Source of the DNA: an uncultured beta proteobacterium | Lineage (GTDB): Bacteria > Pseudomonadota > Gammaproteobacteria > Burkholderiales > Gallionellaceae | Length of the DNA stretch: 64,000 nucleotides | NCBI GenBank assembly: GCA_963723415.1 | Contig: CAVRQB010000005.1 | Location: forward strand, 117,633-181,632 | Direction: 5' to 3' | Notes under the pieces: model-generated | The model's input: the letters and a program-made list of their open reading frames with translations, nothing else | Database searches by the model: none | Told to the model about the DNA's origin: nothing | In this document: one piece after another, positions 25,997-35,991 of the stretch | Position numbering within the stretch: position 1 is the stretch's first letter | How the letters are laid out: every line of letters begins with the position of its first letter | Made by a program: the position numbers and the translations under genes

Positions 25997-26124
25997 CGAT
26001 TGCCTTCGATTGCCTTCGATTGCCTTCGATTGCCTTCGATTGCCTTCGATTGCCTTCGATTGCCTTCGATTGCCCGATTGCCCGATTGCCCGATTGTCCG
26101 ATTGCCCGATTGCCCGATTGCCTT
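25997..26124. repeat. Compound tandem repeat: 10-mer cgattgcctt x7, then 8-mer cgattgcc x7 (one variant, cgattgtc)
   Basis: I read this directly. The array lies 30 bp from the vapC stop. Confidence 0.95.
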
Positions 26125-26153
26125 ATCACGGTACCGTTCATTGCCTTTGAGTC

Positions 26154-26540
26154 TTATATCTTCCGCACACCGTCGCCATATTTCGCCACGGCTTTATCCA
26201 CCGTCAGCAGCGTCAGTCCCTCGACGCGAGCTTGCGCCACGAGGATGCGGTCGAACGGGTCCTTATGCAAAGGCGGAAGATCGTTCACGGCGACAGCGTG
26301 TTCGCTGGTGACGGATAATTCGCGGTAGCCGTTGATCAGCAGCATGCGCCACAGGCGGCGCGGGTCAACATTGAAATCCGAACGCTCCAGCCCGTTCTTG
26401 ATGCTGATCTCCCACAGGCTGGCAGAACTGAATACGAGCTGGTTTTCTAAAGCGAGCAACAAGGCGCGCGCCTTGCTCGACAAGCGCTGCGGCTCGCTCG
26501 CCGCCCACAGCAACAAGTGGGTGTCTAGCAGCAGGTTCAA
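26154..26540 (-). CDS. vapC: Type II toxin, VapC family PIN-domain ribonuclease
   Basis: It begins MNLLLDTHLLLWAASEP.. and has conserved acidic residues. It overlaps the antitoxin gene by 4 nt. Confidence 0.85.
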   Translation of the reverse strand: MNLLLDTHLLLWAASEPQRLSSKARALLLALENQLVFSSASLWEISIKNGLERSDFNVDPRRLWRMLLINGYRELSVTSEHAVAVNDLPPLHKDPFDRILVAQARVEGLTLLTVDKAVAKYGDGVRKI

Positions 26541-26785
26541 GCCTTGCGCCCGGAAAACAGGCTTTCGATCTCCCCGCTACCCATCTGGTCGAAATCGTCC
26601 GGCACGGAAAACTCTCTCGCCATGAAGCCGAGACGTGCAGCCGTACCCGCTTCAGCCTTGCCCAACGGAACCACCTTCACCATCGGCTTGCCCGCCTTGG
26701 CGATGATGAATGCCTCGCCCTGCGCAGCCTGATCCACCAACTTGGAAAGCTGGGTTTTTGCTTCGTGGATATTGACAGTGAGCAT
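26537..26785 (-). CDS. Type II antitoxin (Phd/YefM-like)
   Basis: It begins MLTVNIHEAKTQLSKLVDQAAQGEAFIIAKAGKPMVKVVPL. Confidence 0.8.
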   Translation of the reverse strand: MLTVNIHEAKTQLSKLVDQAAQGEAFIIAKAGKPMVKVVPLGKAEAGTAARLGFMAREFSVPDDFDQMGSGEIESLFSGRKA

Positions 26786-26909
26786 GGCGACCTCAGAGTG
26801 AACTAACCTGGGTTAGTTTACAGCAAACCCAAAGGAAAGCAAGCCCTCCCGCCTTCAGAAATTCGACTCCGGTACCTTTAGTTCTGCTCTCCGTCCCCAT
26901 ATCATTCCA

Positions 26910-27717
26910 TTAGCATTCCGCCATGACAATGTGTGCCTGGATCTTGCCGGCAACTTGCCCGCGTCCAAACTGTCTGGCGATGGCGTTCTCGGCGATGTCG
27001 GTCGCTTCGCCTAGCCTGGACTTGTCCCGCTCCTCGATCTCGTTGCGCAGCGGTGTTCCCTGGCAGTACGCCATTGCGGGTATCTTGGCCGACCCGGCGG
27101 TGCTTCTCGCAGCCAGGGTATCCACGGATGGTATCGTGACAAAGCCGCCGCCCCGCAGATCTTGCTCTATGGTTGCGATGTCGTGGTAGCCGCGCCAGGA
27201 AGCGCGGGGGATCGTCGGGAAAGACCGACTCGAGCGCAGTCGTGATGACGTCGGCAAATTCGTTCTCCTCGATCCGGTCCCATACGTTGAACAGCAGCAC
27301 GCCACCAGAACTCAGGACACGGCGGGCCTCGGCGAACGCCTTGGCCTTGTCGGGAAAGAACATCACCCCAAACTGGCATACCACGGCGTCAAACGATCCA
27401 TCTTCGAAGGGCAGTTGCATTGCGTCTGCCTGCCGCCACTCGACACGGCGAGCTGTCCCCGCCTCGGAGGCCAGGTCCAGCATGGGTTGATTCAGGTCTG
27501 TGGCAACGATGGAAACGTCTTCCGGCAGCAGGGATGCAAGGCGACGGGTGACGACGCCAGTGCCGGCGGCAATCTCGAGTACCCGGGCAAGCCTGCGCGT
27601 AGCCAGACGCCTTGCAAGATCTTCAGCGTACGGCTCAAAGATCAGAGGAACAATATATTCCTCGTAAAACTTCGCAATTGAACCGCCGAAATTCTTGTCT
27701 GATTGGGGGCTGCTCAT
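26910..27717 (-). pseudogene. Class I SAM-dependent methyltransferase gene with a frameshift
   Basis: The N-part has VLEIAAGTGVVT and FDAVVCQFGVMFF. After ..DDPPRFLAR the family-like continuation GYHDIATIEQDLRGGGF..IVMAEC is in another frame (track ORF 26910..27305). The span is 808 nt. The break is at about 27190-27194. Confidence 0.75.
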
Positions 27718-27809
27718 TGCATGCTCCTTTCAGATTAAACAATTGCCAAGCTGGCTACATTATCTTCCTGGAACTATTCCGAGCCTGGCCCCTTTAATTC
27801 ATTTGCAAC

Positions 27810-28951
27810 CTACGCCAACACTTGTTTTACCCTTAGGCCAAAGCCGTTGACCGATAGCGATATTCGTAAGCGCTTCCCGTTAAAAAGTTTGGCGCCTCCA
27901 GTTAGGTTGCGTAAATCCAAATATGCCCCCATACCGTTTGGGTAGCCGTCGATCTGAACAAATCCCTTCCCGAGGCCGCTAGCCAAATATGTCCCTTCTA
28001 CTACCATCGGAGTCCCATTGGCCATGAGATCGTGTTCGGTTCTTATGCGCATGTTGTATCCAAGATCAGCCTTCTTGAGGTAATCAAGCTGTCGCTTTGC
28101 ATGCGCAATGTCTGTCGCCTCAACCAAACCTTTAATGAAATTGAGCCGTTCTTCAAAGTCTTCCTCGGCGACGTTTAGATATTTCCCAATAGCCAATTTA
28201 ATTTCATGCCATGGCCTACCAAGTTTCCGCAAACAATCCAGTTTAAGTCGCAGTAGACCATAACTATTTGGATCGTGCTCAAGTCCTGCATCTACTAATG
28301 CCAATGCTTCAGGCAATCTATTGCCATTGACATACATCCATGCGAGCAGCACGCGTGCACGTGTATTGGCGCCATCAAGCTTCACGCTGCGAAGAAGCAG
28401 GCTCTCGGCATTTGGTAATTGACATAATTCAATGTTGAGTTTGGCAGCAAGCGTCGTAATATCGCTACTATTTGGATAGTATTGCTTACCTCTTTATCAG
28501 GATTGCGTGCTTCCTTGTGATCTGACAAAACGACAACCTTTAAGTCTTGTGTTCGCTCTGTTGAATTTTCATATGCGCGCTCAATAGAGTCGTCAACATT
28601 TACGGTGTATATCGCCCGCCACCTTAGACGAGGTATATCCAATAATGCTTTCGATGGATTCACTGGTGTGAGTAGCTCTACTAACGCTTCTCGAAGTTTT
28701 TCCTTCCCCTTTGTATTTTGAATATTTGTACAAACACGCTTCAGTGAAACGTTAGTTGGCCCTTCTTCTTTGAAGAACAACTCCTGCAAACGATCTCTTA
28801 ATGCAACTCCTAAAAGAGGGGGACGATTGTCCTTTCCAATTGTGCTCCCGACGAGAGCTCCCGCCCCAAGAAAGAGTACCAACTCACCTTTGGTGGCATG
28901 CATTTTAAGGCGGTCTAGTCTTGCGTCAGTCATTGAAACCTCCTCGAACAA
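27810..28951 (-). pseudogene. Decayed SIR2_2-like (defence-type) gene: SIR2 N-half, frame break, then a TPR-like region and a cold-shock/OB-like C-terminus
   Basis: Track ORF 28382..28951 has LVLFLGAGALVG and WRAIYTVNVDDSIERA but no downstream KLHG-type motif. The second frame is open from 28493, right after a TAA, but has no start until a GTG at 28385. The segment is AT-rich. Confidence 0.55.
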
Positions 28952-29016
28952 GTATGGAATTGGAAATTGGTCGAATAGAACGTGCTGACCACATTACCAT
29001 TCCAGTTTGCCTATAC

Positions 29017-29248
<232 letters not shown>

Positions 29249-29281
29249 AGGGTCACTCCAAAATCGCTAAAGCCATGATTG

Positions 29282-29428
29282 TTACTTGGCAGTCGCGCGG
29301 GACTTGCGTACAACCAATTGCGTGCCGGTTTGTTCCGCCAGTTGACGCGCTTTTTCTGCGGCACGCAGCAAGGCTTGCGGCGCATATTTCAAACTCGAAT
29401 CTTTCAGGTGGGAAACGGGTGCCTTCAT
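29282..29428 (-). CDS. Small ORF (48 aa) downstream of the zeta-like ATPase gene, a possible antitoxin-like partner
   Basis: My hand translation is MKAPVSHLKDSSLKYAPQALLRAAEKARQLAEQTGTQLVVRKSRATAK. It is not in the ORF track because it is under 60 aa. Confidence 0.3.
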   Translation of the reverse strand: MKAPVSHLKDSSLKYAPQALLRAAEKARQLAEQTGTQLVVRKSRATAK

Positions 29429-29475
29429 TTATTTTGCCCTTCCTCTATCAGAACAGCGGGGATGCCGGAATTATC

Positions 29476-29955
29476 TTACAGTTGCCAGCTATCCACCAGT
29501 AGCTTGTAGCGCTCGAAATTTGCGATACCGTGCGCGAAACGGCGGCGGATGACACCTTCGGGAACATTGTGCCCGCCTTGTTTGACGCGGTTGGCTACAC
29601 GCTCTATCGCCATCTCGATATCCGGCAATGACAGGAAAGCCAGCTCCACCGCATAACCGGATGAACGCCAGGCGGGGATCATCTGAGCATAGGTCAATCC
29701 GAAAAGAGTCGTCTCGAATGCAAAACTTTCGCCGCGCTTTGCATGGCCCGCTATCTCTTCAAGCATCAACCTGCCCGCTTTGAAGGCGGCCAAATCGGGT
29801 TCGAAGGGTGATAGTCCGGCAGCGATCAGGTCGGCATTTACGAAGTTGGGGCAATGAGCCTCGTTGGGCAGGAACTCGCGCGCAAACGTGGTTTTCCCGG
29901 CGCCGTTCGGTCCGGCGATGATGACGATGCGTTTGCTTTGTGCTGCTTTGCTCAC
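29476..29955 (-). CDS. Zeta-toxin-family / AAA-type P-loop kinase-like ATPase
   Basis: The GTG start at 29955 gives VSKAAQSKRIVIIAGPNGAGKTT. The longer track ORF N-terminus is a translation of the REP-like repeat. Confidence 0.7.
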   Translation of the reverse strand: MSKAAQSKRIVIIAGPNGAGKTTFAREFLPNEAHCPNFVNADLIAAGLSPFEPDLAAFKAGRLMLEEIAGHAKRGESFAFETTLFGLTYAQMIPAWRSSGYAVELAFLSLPDIEMAIERVANRVKQGGHNVPEGVIRRRFAHGIANFERYKLLVDSWQL

Positions 29956-29956
29956 A

Positions 29957-30000
29957 TCCCCTCTCCCCCGACCCCTCCCCCGCGAGCGTGGGAGGGGAGC
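29957..30000. repeat. REP-like GC-rich hairpin element
   Basis: The sequence is cccctctcccccgacccctcccccgcgagcgtgggaggggag, with stem CCCCTCCC/GGGAGGGG. Confidence 0.8.
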
Positions 30001-30006
30001 CATAAA

Positions 30007-30045
30007 CTACCTGCTAATCGGCTTACACCGAATCCGCTTAGGCTT
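30007..30045 (-). repeat. ettA 3'-end fragment (copy 3, about 40 bp)
   Basis: ctacctgctaatcggcttacaccgaatccgcttaggctt aligns with tcacctgccgatcggcttgtaccggatccgcttcggctt at 31731-31769. Confidence 0.7.
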
Positions 30046-30128
30046 AGGGTGTGAAGCGCATCGTGTCCCGCCTCTTTCAGCGAACTGGCGAAGCGCCGGG
30101 GAAGTTGCGCATCGACCAGGAATTTCAT
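30045..30128 (-). pseudogene. Truncated DUF5615 (PIN-like, Mut7-C type) toxin gene; only the first 28 codons remain
   Basis: It reads MKFLVDAQLPRRFASSLKEAGHDALHTL and then runs into the ettA-like fragment. Its ATG overlaps the DUF433 stop as ATGA. Confidence 0.6.
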
Positions 30129-30349
30129 GCGGCCAGGTGTTCAAGCCATTTTACGTGAGTGAGCCGCGCAGCATAGGAAAGCGCAGCCAGGATGTCTTCG
30201 CGCTCCAGGTCTTCGTAGTCTTTCAGGATTTCTTCCGTGGTCATGCCGCTGGCCAGCCACTCCAGCACGTTTTCCACCCGGTAGCGCAGGCCGCGTATGC
30301 AGGGCTTGTCATGGCACACGGCGGGGTCTATGGTGATGCGGTCGTTCAT
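30125..30349 (-). CDS. DUF433 antitoxin-like protein
   Basis: MNDRITIDPAVCHDKPCIRGLRYRVENVLEWLASGMTTEEILKDYEDLEREDILAAL matches the family pattern. Confidence 0.8.
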   Translation of the reverse strand: MNDRITIDPAVCHDKPCIRGLRYRVENVLEWLASGMTTEEILKDYEDLEREDILAALSYAARLTHVKWLEHLAA

Positions 30350-30420
30350 TGCTGCCTCCTGCTCGAAAATTCACTGGGGGAATCTTACACCAGCTTGCAT
30401 TCGTAGTGCACGGCGCTTCC

Positions 30421-30466
30421 CCACCCCTCTCCCCCGACCCCTCCCCCGCAAGCGTGGGAGGGGAGA
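30421..30466. repeat. REP-like GC-rich hairpin element
   Basis: It is near-identical to 29957-30000. Confidence 0.8.
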
Positions 30467-30472
30467 ATTGCT

Positions 30473-30722
30473 TTACCGGCTGATCGGTTTATACAGCATC
30501 CGCACGGCTTCGCGCCTTCCTGATGGAACTACCGGTGAAACAACTGATATGACCACCAGCCATCTGACTAGGTTGTCCAACGACGACAACCTAGTCATTG
30601 GTTATAGCCATCCCGCTACGCAACCACAAAACAGTTGCCAAGTGGTTGCTCATTCACCCAGCCGCTTGCGCTTGTCCGCTTCGTATTCCTGATAGTTGCC
30701 GTCGAAGAACGTCCACCTCGAA
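30473..30722 (-). repeat. ettA 3'-end fragment (copy 2) interrupted by a 133-bp insert (30520-30652)
   Basis: Both halves align to copy 4 and to the intact ettA 3' end. The insert carries two perfect hairpins. Confidence 0.75.
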
Positions 30723-30762
30723 TCGGGCTGTGCGGTTACCATGAGGCGAGCGTCCTGCATTT

Positions 30763-31665
30763 TCATCGGCATTTGTATGCCGAGTAATCCAGAGGCGGGA
30801 CGTAGTTGGTTGATCCGTCGCCGGGACGATTAAGGCTATCCCAGGGAATGTCGTTTATCGAGGTATACATCTGCGATACGGGCAAATGATATTTCATCTT
30901 GAATCGCGCCCAATTCTCGTAGACCTTGCCCCATCTGGCATTCAGTTTCTTGATTCTGTTCTCCTCATCCAGATATTCAAAGTTTGACGCCTGGTTGTGG
31001 TAGGCAAAAGCGCCTTTGGCTACGAGCAACTTGTAGCCGGCCCTGTGTACCCTTATTCCAAAATCGTGGTCGGCGAAATATCCGTAAAATAAAGGGTCCA
31101 GGGTTCCTATCTTGTCGATCAACTCCCTTTTCACAAGAAATGCATCACCGGTCAAATAGTCTTCTTCAAAAGCATCGTCCTTGTTCAGCTCGTAAATCTT
31201 GCTTGCGATGGCGTGGACATCCCCGAGGTTATTTATGCTGCCGGGGAGATCAACACTGTGCTCCGGTTTCATGTTATCCACAAAATTGGATATGCCTCTT
31301 GCGATCCCGCAATCGGGATGTGAATCGGCTACGGCAATCAGGGCCTTCAGGTAATCCGGCGTTACATAGATATCGTTTGAAACAAAAACGATATATTTTC
31401 CTTTGGCATGGGACAGGATGCAATTCAGGCTCCCGCTGTATTCCAGATTCTCAGTGAAGGAGTAAACAACCGTATTTTCATGCCTCCCTTTGACAGACGA
31501 AAACAGATTCTTTATCTCCCCTTTGTCTGGTGAACAATCGTCAACCAGTACCAATTCAAAGTTGCCGTTGCACGACATGAACAGGCTTTCCAGGCAGGCC
31601 ATGGTGACCTCAAGATTGCCGTAGGCGGAAATTCCGATTGAAACCCTCTCATCCAGAGTAATCAT
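30763..31665 (-). CDS. Family 2 glycosyltransferase
   Basis: It has the GT2 signature ELVLVDDCSPD. The cassette is AT-rich and sits directly downstream of ettA. Confidence 0.8.
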   Translation of the reverse strand: MITLDERVSIGISAYGNLEVTMACLESLFMSCNGNFELVLVDDCSPDKGEIKNLFSSVKGRHENTVVYSFTENLEYSGSLNCILSHAKGKYIVFVSNDIYVTPDYLKALIAVADSHPDCGIARGISNFVDNMKPEHSVDLPGSINNLGDVHAIASKIYELNKDDAFEEDYLTGDAFLVKRELIDKIGTLDPLFYGYFADHDFGIRVHRAGYKLLVAKGAFAYHNQASNFEYLDEENRIKKLNARWGKVYENWARFKMKYHLPVSQMYTSINDIPWDSLNRPGDGSTNYVPPLDYSAYKCR

Positions 31666-31730
31666 GTTTCTCCATTGCTGATCAATTCATGCAATGCTGC
31701 GCCGGCTCAATGCCGGGCTGGCAACGCAGA

Positions 31731-33395
<1,665 letters not shown>

Positions 33396-33639
33396 TTGTT
33401 TCTTGTTATATGCAGTTAGAAAGCGCGTAGCTTACCGCAAAGGCCCAATAACTAAAAATGGCTAACTAGTATGGGGTAACCAAAAATGGCGAGCCGGAAT
33501 TGGGTCAATAAAATGGACGCCCGACCAACCGGCAGTTCGGTTAAAGTATCACGGCATTCGTTCCATTGATTCGGGCTGCCGATCGGGCGCGATCGGATAA
33601 CTATACAAAGCTCAATTGACAAACCAAAGGGGGCAGAGC

Positions 33640-35991
33640 ATGTATTCTCAAAAACAGGGAAAGTTTTGCAGGACTGCTCGCAGCATTGTCGCCCTGATCA
33701 CATATGCACTGCTGATATCCCCTTTGCCGGCAAGCGCGGAAGTGAATGCAGCTTTGAAAGCGGGGATTCCAATCGGGTACAAGCAATATCACGTGCATTA
33801 CGACGTGAACGCCGACGGGACTTATACTGAATCCGATGATTTGGCCGTGGTTATCCTTACGGATCAGGGTATTTTTGAGTCAAAGCATTGGCAGGTCGGC
33901 ATGCGCAATTCAGGCATCGGGATGACCAGGAATAGGGATGTACAGCTTCTGAATGCCTACACCCTGAAAAGAGATGGCGAACGTATTTACGTCATTCAAC
34001 CCGGTGATGGGAATTCCAGCGTTGCTGCGCCCATCGTTGCATTCCCTGATGTGGAGATAGGCGATACTTTGGTTTTTTCTTACAAAGTCACCCAGAAAGA
34101 GCCGGTCATTCCGAATCAGATCGTGTTGAAGCAATTCTTCCCGAAGTTCATCGCCTACGAGGATGCGATCATCAGCCTGACCGCTCCCGAATCTCTTCAT
34201 TTGCGGATCGATACCATTGGCGTCGCAAAGGCGAAGAAGAGCAGAAGTGGTCACATCCAAAGATTTGTTTGGAAATATCAAAACAGGAAGCCTGAAGCAG
34301 TTCAGGATGCAAGATCTCTACTGCGATCAGACTCTACCCCTCGCATCCATATCTCGACCTTTAAGGATGATGCAGCAGAAATGGAGGCTTTGAATCAGAG
34401 TCCGGTGATTTCGTCTCCCGCGCTTTTCCCGATGAAAGATAATGACTTGGCCATGAGCGTAGACGTGCCGAAACTATATCCACGTCCGGTTTCAGAATGG
34501 AGGGTCACCGAAAAATCAATTTACCAAAAGCTGTTGTCCGGTGAAAAATTCGATGTTCTGGTTGTCCCATTCCAAGTCCGGGAATACGCGCTTGACCGCC
34601 CGACCAGATCCCTGATGACGGCCGAGCTCGCGCTGGCTGTTTCGTCGGGGCTGAAAATGCGCATGCCCGACCCCTTCCTCGTCGAGCGTGCGTTGGGCGA
34701 AGGGGAACGCCGTCTTGATCAAAATGAAGTGTACGAGTTTGCCAACCAGCTCGGCGTAAAACGAATTGTCTGGGGATATGTCGGCCACGACCGCAATTAT
34801 CATATGTCGTTGAGGATTGTTTCACAGGAACGGGACGCAAAGGGCGTTCTGGACTTGCAGACGAAATCGACTGCAAAAACATTCGAGAATATCGCCTTTA
34901 CAGATGAGCGGCCGCCAATCGAAGTCTACCAGTCGATGTTGCCCGAAATTTTGACAGCGATCAGCGTCGACAGCTCTGTGCTGTCTTTGCCCAAAACACA
35001 AAGCCGGTTGGATGCTGTCAATTTGCCGGCCTCGCCACTGGCGATGGTGGCTGAAAAGGCAGACCCTGCGCGCGACGCCCTGTATTTCCAATTGCTGGCG
35101 GATCTGACACCAGGTGCTGCAGAAAGAACACAGGAACGTCTTGCGGAAAAGTCATATTTGGCGATACTTCGCATGTCGCCTGATTCACCGGATTACCGGG
35201 TTCTGAAAGCCAGGGCACTGATGTTGCTCGGTTTGCGGCCGGCTGCGCTTCAGGTGCTCGGAGATCCGAAAACAATAGAAGAGAAAGAGCTGTTCGCAAT
35301 GCTCAATGGCAACCTGCCTGATGTCGAGCAATACAGTTCCCAGATCGAACCGGGCGTCAAAGGGCTGATGGCAATTCGGGATGCCAATTATCTCGGTAAC
35401 CTGTATGGGGTGGCTGACAAGAACAAGTCTGCTGGTTTGGTGATGTCCTTGTACCTGCCGGGTAAGCCGTGGCCATTTTTGTTTGCGCGGGAATTTTCGG
35501 ATCTAGATTCCTGGGCGCAATTTGACAACATCGAACTTAAGCAACTGCTTGACGCCGATCTTCCAATCAAGGATTACACGGCGGAGGGGATGGTGCGCGG
35601 GGCCGCAGCTCTTGGCGATGCCGGTAAATTGCAGACTTTGGCAGATCTTTCGGTTGTTAACCATATCCGAAAGTTGTTCGAAATCGATGCCGCGAAATGG
35701 TGTTGTCAATCAATCATGGATCATCCCTCCGATCTGGATTATCTTGATCTGATCGAAGCCATCGGCGAAGACGATCTGATGCGTCGCGCATATTTTCTGA
35801 CCTATGTCCAAGGTGTCCCAAACAGGACGCTGGGGTATCTGAACCGGATCGAAAGCGTATACAAGGGGAATCCTCGATTCGTGCTATCACTTGGCATGGC
35901 ACAAATTCAAAGTGCAAAGTCAGCAGACGGTGCGGAAAAGGATGGGCTGCTGAAGTCAGCCTACAACAATCTCTTTAATGCGTTTTACTAG
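33640..35991 (+). CDS. Exported large protein, part 1 (possible DUF3857-like N-domain, TolB-N/LpoB-like middle, TPR-like C-part); ends at TAG
   Basis: The ATG at 33640 follows AAGGGGG. The signal peptide is ..LLISPLPASA. The locus is AT-rich. Confidence 0.6.
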   Translation: MYSQKQGKFCRTARSIVALITYALLISPLPASAEVNAALKAGIPIGYKQYHVHYDVNADGTYTESDDLAVVILTDQGIFESKHWQVGMRNSGIGMTRNRDVQLLNAYTLKRDGERIYVIQPGDGNSSVAAPIVAFPDVEIGDTLVFSYKVTQKEPVIPNQIVLKQFFPKFIAYEDAIISLTAPESLHLRIDTIGVAKAKKSRSGHIQRFVWKYQNRKPEAVQDARSLLRSDSTPRIHISTFKDDAAEMEALNQSPVISSPALFPMKDNDLAMSVDVPKLYPRPVSEWRVTEKSIYQKLLSGEKFDVLVVPFQVREYALDRPTRSLMTAELALAVSSGLKMRMPDPFLVERALGEGERRLDQNEVYEFANQLGVKRIVWGYVGHDRNYHMSLRIVSQERDAKGVLDLQTKSTAKTFENIAFTDERPPIEVYQSMLPEILTAISVDSSVLSLPKTQSRLDAVNLPASPLAMVAEKADPARDALYFQLLADLTPGAAERTQERLAEKSYLAILRMSPDSPDYRVLKARALMLLGLRPAALQVLGDPKTIEEKELFAMLNGNLPDVEQYSSQIEPGVKGLMAIRDANYLGNLYGVADKNKSAGLVMSLYLPGKPWPFLFAREFSDLDSWAQFDNIELKQLLDADLPIKDYTAEGMVRGAAALGDAGKLQTLADLSVVNHIRKLFEIDAAKWCCQSIMDHPSDLDYLDLIEAIGEDDLMRRAYFLTYVQGVPNRTLGYLNRIESVYKGNPRFVLSLGMAQIQSAKSADGAEKDGLLKSAYNNLFNAFY

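Noticed and set aside
25997-26124. I considered whether this tandem repeat array is a CRISPR array.
   Set aside because: The units are 8-10 bp and directly abutting, with no spacers, no leader and no cas genes. It is a microsatellite-type repeat.
29956-30003. The N-terminal extension MAPLPRSRGRGRGRGD of the zeta-like ORF, and similar PLPRPLPRERGRG peptides in + strand ORFs at 29864 and 30297.
   Set aside because: These are translations of the REP-like hairpin repeat. The ATPase has a plausible GTG start at 29955, just before its P-loop.
33396-33639. Three AAAATGG motifs (about 33463, 33483 and 33511) in the intergenic region between ettA and the large-protein gene.
   Set aside because: The motif is short and AT-rich, its spacing is irregular, and the region itself is AT-rich, so it is compatible with chance.
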